A DNA stretch of 63,903 bases, filler included, from Octopus bimaculoides (taxonomy: Eukaryota): the NCBI RefSeq assembly GCF_001194135.2. It is 6 parts of 6 records of this genome, joined end to end, with 100 filler letters (N's around TTAATTAATTAA, not from the genome) between each part and the next. Parts side by side here need not be neighbours in the genome. Positions count along the whole stretch, not along the records: positions 1 to 31,187 come from NC_068995.1; 5 more parts are not named here. One strand, written 5' to 3'. A program made the position numbers and the translations under genes. Within the stretch, counting starts at the first letter, position 1, and each line of letters opens with the position of its first letter. Below are positions 1 through 12,575 of the stretch, in pieces. Under the pieces are notes generated by a model. That model searched no databases, had not been told where the DNA came from, and worked only from the letters and a program-made list of their open reading frames with translations.

Positions 1-540
1 TTCTTCTTCGTCTCCTCCTCCTCCTTCTTTTTCTTCTTTTTCTTCTTTTTCTTCTTCTTCGTCTCCTCCTCCTCCTTCTTCACTTTCTTCTTCTTTTTCT
101 TCTTTTTCTTCTTCTTCGTTTTCTCCTTCTTCTTCTTCGTCTCCTCTTCCTCCTTCTTCACTTCCTTCTTCTTCTTCTTTTTCTTCTTCTTCGTCTCCTC
201 CTCCTTCTTCTTCACATTCTTCTTCTTCTTCTTCTTCTTCTTCTTCTTCTTCTTCTTCACATTCTTCTTCTTCTTCTTCGTCTCCTCCACTTCTTTACAT
301 TCTTCTTCTTCTTCTTCNNNNNNNNNNNNNNNNNNNNNNNNNNNNNNNNNNNNNNNNNNNNNNNNNNNNNNNNNNNNNNNNNNNNCCTCCTTCTTCTTCC
401 TCCCCCTCCTTCTTCTTCTTCCCCTTCTTCTTCGTCTCCTCCTCCTCCTCCTCCTTCTTCTTCTCCTTCGTCGTCGTACTCTTCTTCTTCTTCTTCTTCT
501 TCTTCTTCTTCTTCCTTCTCCTTTTCTTCCTCTATCCTCA
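1..540. repeat. Compound (TTC)n/(TCC)n microsatellite with internal N gap
   Basis: Directly visible triplet runs; explains the poly-E/G/K ORF 257..547. Confidence 0.97.
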
Positions 541-1106
541 CTCCCAATGATTTCCTTCTTTTTGCTCTTAGTGCCCCTCACCTTATCGGCCTGCCCGCCT
601 TCTTCCATGACTCTTCCTCCTTTCCTCCCTTTATCCCTCATTTCCTCCCTACTTCCCACCTCTCACCACCCTTTCTCTGTGATCTTCACACCGCTTCATC
701 TGTTCAAGAGAATCGGTCAAGCATGCTCTAACCCTCTCATCCTTTAAAAGTGTTTCATAAGAAAATAATAAGAATGAAAAACGAAGATTCAAACTCCGCC
801 GTTGGCACACCATCACCACTGTCATCACCCTCATCATCATCCTCATCAACCTCATCCTCATCATCATCATTTCAAGAACCCAAAACCACCGATACCATCC
901 CGCCAAATTTACATGCTATCATTTTCACTTTCAGTTTCGCTCTTGGTTTTTTTTCTTTTTTTTTTCGCTTTCTTTCTTCTTTTCTTAGACTTGCTTCCAA
1001 AGTTGAGAATAATCCAAGTCGATGTGATAGGGTACGACGGAAATAGTTGGCGGCCATCGATCTTAACAGATTAGTCTTCCGTCACTGCGTCTCTATTTTA
1101 TTCATT

Positions 1107-1281
<175 letters not shown>

Positions 1282-1482
1282 TTTAACATTTGTTCTTTTT
1301 CTTTCTCAGTTATACAGTCGCCACATTTTTGCCTTCTCTTTCGTTGTTTCATTATCAATCAAACGCACACACATATATACATACATGCATAGACACACAC
1401 GATATATATCTATATATCTATATCTATATCTATATCTATATCTATATCTATATCTATATCTATCTATTTATGTGCTTCTACC

Positions 1483-1522
<40 letters not shown>

Positions 1523-4500
1523 TATTGATAGACGTATACGTAGATACATGAAAGCAAGTTCTACTCGATATATTTAGTGGAAGATGGCGGTATTTACTGA
1601 AGGTGATTCAGTTCTTGATGGGTTAAAAATTGGTAGATGCAGGATGCGTCCGTTTCTGTACATAAACTCTGCTAGTCATCTATCNNNNNNNNNNNNNNNN
1701 NNNNNNNNNNNNNNNNNNNNNNNNNNNNNNNNNNNNNNNNNNNNNNNNNNNNNNNNNNNNNNNNNNNNNNNNNNNNNNNNNNNNNNNNNNNNNNNNNNNN
1801 NNNNNNNNNNNNNNNNNNNNNNNNNNNNNNNNNNNNNNNNNNNNNNNNNNNNNNNNNNNNNNNNNNNNNNNNNNNNNNNNNNNNNNNNNNNNNNNNNNNN
1901 NNNNNNNNNNNNNNNNNNNNNNNNNNNNNNNNNNNNNNNNNNNNNNNNNNNNNNNNNNNNNNNNNNNNNNNNNNNNNNNNNNNNNNNNNNNNNNNNNNNN
2001 NNNNNNNNNNNNNNNNNNNNNNNNNNNNNNNNNNNNNNNNNNNNNNNNNNNNNNNNNNNNNNNNNNNNNNNNNNNNNNNNNNNNNNNNNNNNNNNNNNNN
2101 NNNNNNNNNNNNNNNNNNNNNNNNNNNNNNNNNNNNNNNNNNNNNNNNNNNNNNNNNNNNNNNNNNNNNNNNNNNNNNNNNNNNNNNNNNNNNNNNNNNN
2201 NNNNNNNNNNNNNNNNNNNNNNNNNNNNNNNNNNNNNNNNNNNNNNNNNNNNNNNNNNNNNNNNNNNNNNNNNNNNNNNNNNNNNNNNNNNNNNNNNNNN
2301 NNNNNNNNNNNNNNNNNNNNNNNNNNNNNNNNNNNNNNNNNNNNNNNNNNNNNNNNNNNNNNNNNNNNNNNNNNNNNNNNNNNNNNNNNNNNNNNNNNNN
2401 NNNNNNNNNNNNNNNNNNNNNNNNNNNNNNNNNNNNNNNNNNNNNNNNNNNNNNNNNNNNNNNNNNNNNNNNNNNNNNNNNNNTATATATATATATATAT
2501 ATATATATATCACTTACCTCTAACAAATCCGCTATACATCCCTACCATCACCATCACTACCACAATCACCATCCCTACCGCCTTCACCATCACTACCACC
2601 ATCTCCATCGCCTTCACCACCACTACTACCATTATCATCGCTACCACCACCACCACCATTACGACACTTTAAAACATGCTGTTCCTGATGCGCCAACTAA
2701 GCCCGAATGGTCACGTTTGGAATGCCCTTGTTCATGAGTCTATGAAATGAGGGTTGACGTGGGGTCAGTACCACCAGCAACAACAGTTAAAGGAAACAGG
2801 GTTTGAAAGTGAGTTAATAAGGGCTTTTGACAAAATGTGGCCAAACAGTTTTATACTAAAGCGACGTATTCGGTGTATCCACACTGCTAATGCTAAGCCG
2901 CATCCAAATCCAGAGTATGACTTGTTAAATACTAGAAACCCACAAAGAGGATTTGCTCTTGATAGGCACATCGGTGGTTTCGTCATACTTTAAATGAAGT
3001 TTCATACCCACAGGTTTTAAGTCTGTGTGAGTCTATAGATGTGTGTGCGTGTGCGTGTGCGTGTGAGCCTGTGTGTATGTGTGTGTGTAACTTTCTGATA
3101 AGAGATACAGGGCGAGTTGTCCTATTGACCTCTGTTCCTACCATCCCTCAGAGCAGTCTAGTAACCAGGCAACAGCCGCTCTATAACATTTCAACACGTG
3201 CACAAGTATTGATGCCTTCGGCGTAACAGTTGGTTAAGGCTAAACAATAAATTCATATTAACGGAACAATACTCTTCGACAGAGCGTTGCTGTCGTTGAC
3301 CGGGGGTTGAGAAGAAAAGGGAAGAGAAATGACGGATGGAAAACTGAGTTACGTGTCATTTAAATATGTGCCGGCTATAGAGCAGCTGCTGCGCATGCGT
3401 GATGAACTGGGAAAATATCTCTGTAACTAAGTGAACCGAACGAAGTAATTAGAACAAAATGCCCTGCTCAAGAACAGAACAAATAACAATATGCAAACTA
3501 GGTCACCTCTCAATGGTTGAAAATTCCATTTGTAATAGCAGCCAAATCTCTTTCTACCTAGCTAGTGTAAAAATATTGAAGGAATTCCTGAGAGCGAAAG
3601 AAAATGTCTTCATCTAAAATGCGATTAAAACTGATCGATGACATTGAGAGACATACCTGTAAAAAGATTCGAACTGTGACCCTCAGATGCCTTCATAAGT
3701 AAATACATACAATTCGGATGCTCTTAATATCCTGTGTTCTTACATGGTTCACTTTACTCTACACCCGGTTTAATACTCAACATCTTGAGTGCCTCAGTGG
3801 AGTCCACACATCATGAGTGTAGTTCACACATCATGAGTGCAGTCCACACTGCTACCAGTATTCAGCACAGGTCTCCGGCTTAAGGATTGCTTCAAAAATT
3901 TCTCTCATCAGTCTGACAGCTCTAGAAAGAAATGCAGTTTCAAAGACATCGCCTTTCACTCACTAACTAAGTGATAAATAAATATTTCCCTGCCTTTTAA
4001 AACATGTCACAGAGTAATTTGAAGGAAATTTGGCTGCTACTTTAGCAGGTCGAGCATCTAAAGGAAATTACTGTTTTTTTTTACTTTTGTAGTGTCGTCG
4101 GTTTCTTTACCTTTGTAGAAAAATATCATCGGTACAGCAGATGAGAGACCAACTACTGGGGATAGGAATACAGGTTATCACATTTAAGTTTCCGGCAAAA
4201 TGGCTAGAATAGTAATGAAACTAATCTCAAGTTAACAAACCACTGAGAGAGGCTTCATGTGGTAGTCTTAAATGTTAGACATAGCTTCCGAATCCTTCTC
4301 AAACCAAAGTATACCGTTCTTGAAAAAAAAGGGACAGACTGATTAGATAATGTAGTCCTAGGTATGTATAAAGGCGTGTTGGTCACTGATGAAATGTTTT
4401 CTAAGAAAGAGCTCTCCGACCAAGACTGTCTGATGGCTAAACCATAACATCCGTCAACTTTGTGTTGCCACCACTGCATTATCTGATTTAAGCTGGCAAG

Positions 4501-4590
4501 ATGTGTTGGGGTGCATGTTTAATTTCGTTCTTGTTCAGTTCTGCGCCAAAAAGCAAATGGTAGAAGACACTCCATTCAGGACCATTTTAT

Positions 4591-4676
4591 CTTGGGCATG
4601 GGTCTTCTACTATAGCCTCGGGCTAATCAAAACCTCGTGAGTAGATTTGGTCGACAGAAGCTGAAAGAAACCCGTC

Positions 4677-4719
<43 letters not shown>
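4591..4719 (+). mobile_element. SINE family B fragment ending in its internal (TA)n tract
   Basis: cttgggcatgggtcttctactatagcctcggg...gatttggtcgacagaagctgaaagaaacccgtcg aligns by eye with fuller copies at 16290, 30836 and 58217. Confidence 0.8.
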
Positions 4720-4976
4720 NNNNNNNNNNNNNNNNNNNNNNNNNNNNNNNNNNNNNNNNNNNNNNNNNNNNNNNNNNNNNNNNNNNNNNNNNNNNNNNNN
4801 NNNNNNNNNNNNNNNNNNNNNNNNNNNNNNNNNNNNNNNNNNNNNNNNNNNNNNNNNNNNNNNNNNNNNNNNNNNNNNNNNNNNNNNNNNNNNNNNNNNN
4901 NNNNNNNNNNNNNNNNNNNNNNNNNNNNNNNNNNNNNNNNNNNNNNNNNNNNNNNNNNNNNNNNNNNNNNNNNNNN

Positions 4977-5037
<61 letters not shown>

Positions 5038-5164
5038 CATCATCATTATTATCATTGCGAATAAAGCATGCTTGAGATTACATTTTCTAAAGTCCTTTTT
5101 TTTCTTAAGATGATCAGGTATAATTTCCGACGGATTTGGCTTCTAATTCTGGCTGATCTAGCAA

Positions 5165-5410
5165 TGGCATAGACGTTTGATTATTGACTTCTAAAGTGGG
5201 GGTAACCAAGTAAGACCAACTGAGCCAGCAACAGGACCGTTATACGATCGGCCGACCTGCTAGAAACAGCAACAAAGACTGTCTTAAATTGGATTGTATC
5301 GCGTAGTTCTGTACATAAAAAAACATAAGGGTTTCCACTGGAATAACTTCGATTATGAGTTTGCTCAGTTAGCACTAGCCAGGGGCTAAAGAGAAAACAA
5401 CAGCAACATC
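5165..5410 (-). mobile_element. Degenerate SINE-like repeat family F (gctagaaatagcagccaaatct motif)
   Basis: acctgctagaaacagcaacaaagac; related motifs recur near 3530, 4030, 15670, 29050, 36370, 43650, 44570 and 56095 in either orientation. Confidence 0.55.
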
Positions 5411-5789
5411 AGTTATCAGATATTATCATCAGAGATGTGGCAGAAATGTTATGTATGGTTAAGTTTAGCTGGATTTCCGGCACCACATCCACATGGCCTT
5501 CGACACACCTTATAATCTAGGGGAACAAAGACAAAATATTATATCTAAAGAAGTTGATGAATGAAGGACCTCCTGGGAGCCTGATATTTGCTGGTTTATA
5601 AATGTGGATTACAAACAAAGGACATCCGGACAAGATGGCCGCCACGCAGTGATGGTTGCACGAGGATGCGTGACCTTTGCTGATTAATGACTTGTGAGCT
5701 GATGGGGAAGGAGATAACAGGCCAACATAGATCGGTTTTGCTACAGATTGGCCATTCAGATATTTGCCTTCTCCTACATTTGAGTCATA

Positions 5790-5821
<32 letters not shown>

Positions 5822-5839
5822 CGTATATATATATGCATG

Positions 5840-5874
<35 letters not shown>

Positions 5875-6537
5875 NNNNNNNNNNNNNNNNNNNNNNNNNN
5901 NNNNNNNNNNNNNNNNNNNNNNNNNNNNNNNNNNNNNNNNNNNNNNNNNNNNNNNNNNNNNNNNNNNNNNNNNNNNNNNNNNNNNNNNNNNNNNNNNNNN
6001 NNNNNNNNNNNNNNNNNNNNNNNNNNNNNNNNNNNNNNNNNNNNNNNNNNNNNNNNNNNNNNNNNNNNNNNNNNNNNNNNNNNNNNNNNNNNNNNNNNNN
6101 NNNNNNNNNNNNNNNNNNNNNNNNNNNNNNNNNNNNNNNNNNNNNNNNNNNNNNNNNNNNNNNNNNNNNNNNNNNNNNNNNNNNNNNNNNNNNNNNNNNN
6201 NNNNNNNNNNNNNNNNNNNNNNNNNNNNNNNNNNNNNNNNNNNNNNNNNNNNNNNNNNNNNNNNNNNNNNNNNNNNNNNNNNNNNNNNNNNNNNNNNNNN
6301 NNNNNNNNNNNNNNNNNNNNNNNNNNNNNNNNNNNNNNNNNNNNNNNNNNNNNNNNNNNNNNNNNNNNNNNNNNNNNNNNNNNNNNNNNNNNNNNNNNNN
6401 NNNNNNNNNNNNNNNNNNNNNNNNNNNNNNNNNNNNNNNNNNNNNNNNNNNNNNNNNNNNNNNNNNNNNNNNNNNNNNNNNNNNNNNNNNNNNNNNNNNN
6501 NNNNNNNNNNNNNNNNNNNNNNNNNNNNNNNNNNNNN

Positions 6538-6588
<51 letters not shown>

Positions 6589-6620
6589 ACGATTTGCTGG
6601 TTGACATTGTTCTTTTCTGC

Positions 6621-6767
6621 TCTAGGCACAAGACCCGAGATTATTGGGGGAAGAGGCTAGTCAATTAGATCAACTCCAGTACGTAACTGGTACTTAATTT
6701 ATCGACCTCGAAATGATGAAAGACAAAATCGGCCGACGTGTTAACGTCTCTGCCAGCTCGCCGCCTT
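6621..6767 (-). mobile_element. SINE family A (tRNA head, Meta-domain-like centre), internally deleted
   Basis: Reverse complement begins aaggcggcgagctggcagagacgttaac and contains tcatttcgaggtcgataaattaagtaccagt, matching the other family A copies. Confidence 0.9.
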
Positions 6768-6774
6768 TGACATA

Positions 6775-6863
6775 ATTGTGAAGCCGAATGAGCCAGGTGG
6801 ACCAAACGTTTCTATATATTGTGAAGCCGAATGAGCCAGGTGGACCAAACGTTTCTATATATT
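6775..6863. repeat. Exact 43-bp tandem duplication
   Basis: gtgaagccgaatgagccaggtggaccaaacgtttctatatatt occurs at 6778 and 6821. Confidence 0.97.
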
Positions 6864-7271
6864 TTACTTCGTCAAGGAAGTATAGTATTCTACATTCTTT
6901 TCCTGCACCGTTGTAACTAGTTTGTTGTAAGGAAATATTCACCAAGTAATGAAATTAACAAGTAAACTAATTATAAAGGTGAGTTAACGATGTATTTCAG
7001 GTCATACGCGCTTAAGAGTGACGGTTAAGCTCTTACGCGCGGGCACACACACGCGGGCGCGCGCGCAAACACACACACACACACACACACACGCATATGC
7101 ATGGCTGTCTGATTATTAATTAATTTACTTATTGAGACATATCGCTATTTTCTTGTGCGTGTACTTCTTTCTTCTACACATCTCTCTCTCTCTCTGTCTT
7201 ATTCTTTGTCTTACCCTTTTTTCGTCTTTCCATCTTTCCCCATTTATCCCGTTAACTCCATCTGTCTGTTC

Positions 7272-7309
<38 letters not shown>

Positions 7310-8399
7310 TATTCTCTCTTATTCTCCCCCTCTCTCTCCATTATCTCGTCTCCTATTTCTTCACATCAAACCCCACCTCCACTTCTACCTAATCAGATTC
7401 ACCTCCACCTTTCAGGTCACAAAACTTACTGTATAAACAAACAACAACATTACATAAATACGAGCATAATTTAATTTAATCTAATCATGAACCCCTCCTC
7501 TTCTCCTTTCCTCCCTTCCTCTTCACCCCTTTCCTTTTTTTGTGTTTCTATTCGATAATTATAGGCTTAAAATTACAAATGAGAAAACATTGACAAAGGG
7601 GCCAAACGGTTGCTGAACGGGTAAAGGAAAATTTTTGTGCAAGCGAATAGGGGAGTTCGATTTTCAGGAAGCGACCCCGTTAACTCAATGACAAAGATAC
7701 AAGAAAGGCTCAGCGGAAGAGCGCGATATTAAGGGTAGGTGAGGTCGGTGGATTGGGGGTGCGACTTGATATGTAGGTGGGGCTCCCTGTTGAGGTGGTG
7801 AAATGATGGAAGGAAAAAGGGAGGGGGATGTGAAGAGACGAATATATAACAACGACAACGACGGCGATGTTGTTGATGATGATGGTGATGGTGCTGCTGG
7901 TGATGATATTGATGATGATGATGATGATGATGGGGGTGGGTGGGGAATCTAATGCTGGTGTTGCACCGAGTAATTCTAGTTGGGATGTTGTTGCTGCTGC
8001 TGCCACTACCACTGCTACCGCCGTTGTCATTTCCACTGTTGCCCCCACCCCTGTTGTTGCTGCTACTGTAACTGCTGCTGACGATGATGGTGATGATAAT
8101 GATGATGGTGATGAACATCTTGATCATAAAGTAGACAAGGAGTGTGACCCTGAAGGTTTTAATTACGGTGGATTGGCAGAATTGTTCGTTTGCTTTCGGT
8201 TAGTTAGTTACAGGTTGAGGTTCTTTATTGAAGTCATGCAGTGGTCAGCCATGCATTCCATCCTTTAGGACGATGTGTAACGCTTGCACAAGACTTGCGA
8301 TTTTCTGTCGTAACAATTAAGGTGAAACATTTTTTTTCCCGACGCTTTAACACTTCGGCCACCTCGCTGCCTCATCGGTACCAATAATAATCTTTTCTT

Positions 8400-8610
8400 T
8401 CATAAGCGCAAGGGCTGACATTTTGTTGGGGTTGGGGCTAGTCGATTAAATCGACCCCAGTACCCAACTGGTACTTATTTTATCGACTGTGAAAGGATAA
8501 AAGACAAAAGCAGCCTCGGTGGAATTTTGAACACAAAAAGTAAAGGCGGAGAAAATTTCGCCAAGCATTTTGCTCGGTGGTCTAACGAATCTGCCAGCTG
8601 TCTGCCTTAA
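8400..8610 (-). mobile_element. SINE family A
   Basis: gtcgattaaatcgaccccagtacccaactggtacttattttatcgac...ggaattttgaac...ctgccagctgtctgccttaa. Confidence 0.9.
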
Positions 8611-8631
8611 TTAATACCGATGATAATAATA

Positions 8632-8816
8632 TTGGTTTCAAATTTTGGCACAACGCCATCACGTTCAGAGGAGGGGATAAATCGATTACATAGACCCCAG
8701 TCTTCAACGGCTACTTATTTCATCGACCCCCAAAATATAAAAGGCAAAGTGAACCTTGTCGGAATTTGAACTCAGGATCTAAAGACGGACAAAATGCCCG
8801 GCGTGCTAACGATTCT
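8632..8816 (-). mobile_element. SINE family A
   Basis: atcgattacatagaccccag...aaaggcaaagtgaaccttgtcggaatttgaactcag...gcgtgctaacgattctg. Confidence 0.88.
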
Positions 8817-8820
8817 GATT

Positions 8821-8982
8821 TACTCTAGGCACAAGGCTTGACATTTTGGGGGAGGGAGCCAGTCGATTAGATCGACCTCAATACGCAACTGGTACTTAAT
8901 TTGTCGCTCCCGAAAGGATGAAAGGCAAAGTCGACCTCGGCGGAATTTGAACTCAGAACGTTTCTGCCATCTCGCCGCCTTA
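8821..8982 (-). mobile_element. SINE family A (young, internally deleted)
   Basis: cccgaaaggatgaaaggcaaagtcgacctcggcggaatttgaactcagaacg; B-box GAGTTCAAATTCC on the minus strand. Confidence 0.92.
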
Positions 8983-9169
8983 ATAGATATTCCTACTGAT
9001 GGGCTCTTCCGTCGAAGTGAACGTATGAGCATTCAGCTTTTGCCGAACGAATTATTTGCACAAATTATTTGTTTATAGTGATCAAATGTTCGTGCCCCAC
9101 ATTAGTTCTCTCTCTCTCTCTCTATGAAATTGATGTTGTCTGAACACGTACACGTTATATCATGCATCA

Positions 9170-9285
9170 GGTACCTTAGTGATCGCCGAGCAAAACGCAA
9201 CACACCACCCGGTCTAGGAACTGAAATCACGATCGCTAGATCATGAGTGTAACACCCGAAATACTAAGCCTTCCACCCCTCACTA
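9170..9285 (-). mobile_element. Degenerate tRNA-derived SINE head (family C-like)
   Basis: cacccggtctaggaactgaaatcacgatc resembles the reverse complement of the family C head at 10392. Confidence 0.55.
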
Positions 9286-9292
9286 AGAATAA

Positions 9293-9643
9293 GGGTAAGG
9301 CCCCTACCCAACTCTTCTGTCATGAATGGCCACGGGACTGCACCTAGAAAGTTGCCCTCCGAGGAACAAATCTGAAAAAGGCTGTCTATGGAAGACCAGC
9401 AAACGTCCATGTGGATCAGCCTCCCCTCTTCATGCGACCGATGTTATGGAAGGGAAGGGCAAAGGGGCCGATATAGCTTGGCTGCCGGTGACGTTGCAAC
9501 TCATTTCTACAGTTGAGTGAACTGGAGCAACGTGAAATAAAGTGTTTTGTCCAAGAGCACAACATACAGCTCGGTCCAGCATTCGAACTCACAAACTCAT
9601 GAGTGTGAGCCCGACGCTCTAATCATTTAGCCATGCGCCTTCA
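9293..9643 (-). mobile_element. SINE family D (tRNA head plus CORE-like domain)
   Basis: Reverse complement starts tgaaggcgcatggctaaatgattagagcgtcgggctc and contains gttgtgctcttggacaaaacactttatttcacgttgctccagttcactcaactgtagaaatgagt; same family as 51945-52680. The CORE assignment is recalled similarity. Confidence 0.88.
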
Positions 9644-10237
9644 CATTATAACCATAATAACAATAATATTATCTATACAATTTTGATTATTAAAATTGTT
9701 GTCCTACTAGTAGCAAGTGTAATACTAAAATTAGTGGTACCTGCAGCTTCAATTGTTATTGTTGTTGATAAAGATGGCGTCATTGAAGGCTTTTTTTTTT
9801 GAGGTAACGTTCGTTTTGGCAATGGTGGCAACCATGACGACGGCAATGATTTCGTTGTTCTAAGCAATCACGGTGGTGACGGGGATGGCGGTGATGTTGG
9901 CGATATCGATGATGGCGGTGGGTGTCGTGTTGGTAGTGGTGGTGGTGGTGGAGGTGGTGGTGGTGGTTGTAGTTGTTGTCGTCGTTTCTTTTGCGTCGGA
10001 GCTGCTTTATGGAGGAATACTGTTTCAGACATGGAAGATATGAGTTTTGATGTTGAAGAAATCTGGCAGCAACGGAAGTTATAGAGGTGGTGGTGGTGGT
10101 GGTGTATGGAGAATCATGAAGAGCAGTAGACAGACAGACATACACACATACACAGACACACAGATGCACACACAGACATATATACGTATACGCAGAGTTG
10201 TGTTTAGAGAAACGGAGGGAGACAAAGCGATACAAAT

Positions 10238-10292
<55 letters not shown>

Positions 10293-10391
10293 TAATATAT
10301 ATATATTAACGTTTCTTTTTATGTTTAGTTATAGTAAAAACAATTTTTCATTAATCTGATGGGTTACTATACAGATACTTTAGTACAGTGT

Positions 10392-10774
10392 GGAGGCGCA
10401 ATGGACCAGTGGTATGGGCAGCGGACTCGCGGTCATAGGATCGCGATTTCGATTCCAAGACCGGGCGTTGTGAGTGTTTATTGAGCGAAAACACCTAAAG
10501 CTCCACGAGGCTCCGGCAGGAGATGGTGACGAACCCTGCTGTGCTCTTCCACCACAACTTTCTCACACTCTTACTTCCTGATTCTGTTGTGCCTGTAATT
10601 CAAAGGGTCAGCCTTGTCACACTGTGTCACGCTGAATATCCCCGAGAACTACGTTAAGGGTACACGTGTCTGTGGAGTGCTCAGCCACTTGCACGTTAAT
10701 TTCACGAGCAGGCTGTTCCGTTGATCAGATCCACTGGAACCCTCGACGTCGTAAGCGACGGAGTGCCAGCAACA
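10392..10774 (+). mobile_element. SINE family C, near full length
   Basis: tRNA-like head ggaggcgcaatggaccagtggtatgggcagcggactcgcgg...tttcgattcc with A/B boxes, long body, short caacaa tail. Confidence 0.9.
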
Positions 10775-10947
10775 AACTTTAGTACAGTACAAATTTATTG
10801 TGTATATTAAACATGAGTCATTCGCGAAGATTCCAGTAGGGGTTTCAACTACAAGCCTTTGTGAGGCGTTGAACAATCCGATAGCTGCTATAGTATTATA
10901 ATTCTCCCATCGCATTGAGGTTTTTGTACAAAGTAGCCTATACTTGC

Positions 10948-11262
10948 AAAGGTTCGTGGATTAGTGGTTTGGGTATTTGGCTTAGGATCGTAAAGTCGTG
11001 GTTCGAATGCTGGCGGCGAGTTGTGTTCTCCAGCAAAAATTAAAACAACTTTAATTCACGTTATACAGTGCATTCAGCTGTCAAAACTGAGTTGTATACG
11101 TAATTCGAAAGGGCCAGCCTTGTCAAATTTCACTGAACCTCCCCAAGAACTAACTTAGATGTACGCGTCTGTGGAGAGCGCAGCCACTTGCATTTTTACG
11201 AGCATACTGTTCTTTCGATCGGATTAACTGAAACACGTGTCGTCTTAACCAAAGGAGAGCCA
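10948..11262 (+). mobile_element. Degenerate SINE with family C 3' body
   Basis: B-box gtggttcgaatgc; aaagggccagccttgtca...cgcgtctgtggagagcgcagccacttgca matches 10605-10700. Confidence 0.8.
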
Positions 11263-12169
11263 GACTACCTTATACTTACGAACACACAAACTACCATTTC
11301 TTTTTTCAAATATAAATAATAAATGTTTTATACCTCTCAATATGTATTGAGCTCTTTATTACACTGTTTCTATTTCAATATTACATATTCTTTTCTACTC
11401 TAGGCACAAGGCTTGCTAAGAGTAGCAACGAAATCTCGCTTCTTTCATGTTTAAACGTAGTTTGTAAGAAAAGTGTCATTCTATAACGCCGTCTTGGATT
11501 TCCTACACATCTAGATAATCGACGCAGTAGTCATGGCTAGAGTACCATAGATTTGCCTCAATCAGAGCTAAGCTGCGTCTAAACAATAAAAAACACATAG
11601 GAGCGCGCGCGCACACACACACGCGTAGATACTCAAATACACACAGACATACACAAAAACACATATACACACTCTCATAGACCTTCACTCGCACTCAGAA
11701 GGTGGTCCTCTAGTACCTTCACTCACACCTCATCAAACTCATCCCAACTATAAAAACTTTCCGGGTCAATTCTCTTAACCCCTCTTATTTTTTTTATTAT
11801 TCTTTGTTGAATTTTTCTGTTTGTCTTTTCTCCATTTTTTCTTTTTGATTCTTTGTTAAGGTTCAATAACGTTTTGTATTCGTTGTTAGCAAGACTTAGG
11901 GGTCGTTTCCGGAAAATTGAACTCCCTAACTCGACCCCCTTTTGCAATATATTCTCATTTGTAATCTGAAGCCCTGTGATTATCGAATTAAAAAACATAA
12001 AGCGGAGGTTCTTTCTTTCTCTTCTTGTGTGAGGATATGAGGGGAGGGGTAGTTATTACTTTCACAATTTCCATTTTGTGTTTATTTGTCTTTTCTCTGT
12101 GTGTGTGCGTGTGTGTGTGTGTGTGTGTATGCCCGTATGTGTGTTTAAGTGAATGAGAGTGTATGAGAG

Positions 12170-12212
<43 letters not shown>

Positions 12213-12528
12213 TCGTGTTTGTGGATTTGTGGATATAAATATGAATGTATATATATAAATATATGCGTGTGTTTGTAAGCATGTGTGATTATATTTATGA
12301 TTGTGTGTGTGCGTGCGTGTGTGTGTGTGTGTGTGTGTTTGTGTGCGTGTGTGTGTATACACCTGTGTTTANNNNNNNNNNNNNNNNNNNNNNNNNNNNN
12401 NNNNNNNNNNNNNNNNNNNNNNNNNNNNNNNNNNNNNNNNNNNNNNNNNNNNNNNNNNNNNNNNNNNNNNNNNNNNNNNNNNNNNNNNNNNNNNNNNNNN
12501 NNNNNNNNNNNNNNNNNNNNNNNNNNNN

Positions 12529-12575
<47 letters not shown>

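Noticed and set aside
2754-2993. 79-aa ORF in unique sequence as an exon
   Set aside because: No recognisable motif or convincing splice sites on either strand.
3801-3849. 20-bp repeat x2.4 (also aatatacagacc x3 at about 41660-41697) as CRISPR-like or functional arrays
   Set aside because: Contiguous slippage duplications without spacers, in a eukaryotic context.
10392-10465. tRNA gene
   Set aside because: The tRNA-like A/B boxes continue into a SINE body and no proper cloverleaf or acceptor stem is evident. The same applies to the other SINE heads.
11723-11998. 91-aa minus-strand ORF
   Set aside because: Largely derived from a T-rich low-complexity tract, with no acceptor; only the embedded bipartite motif is retained as a finding.
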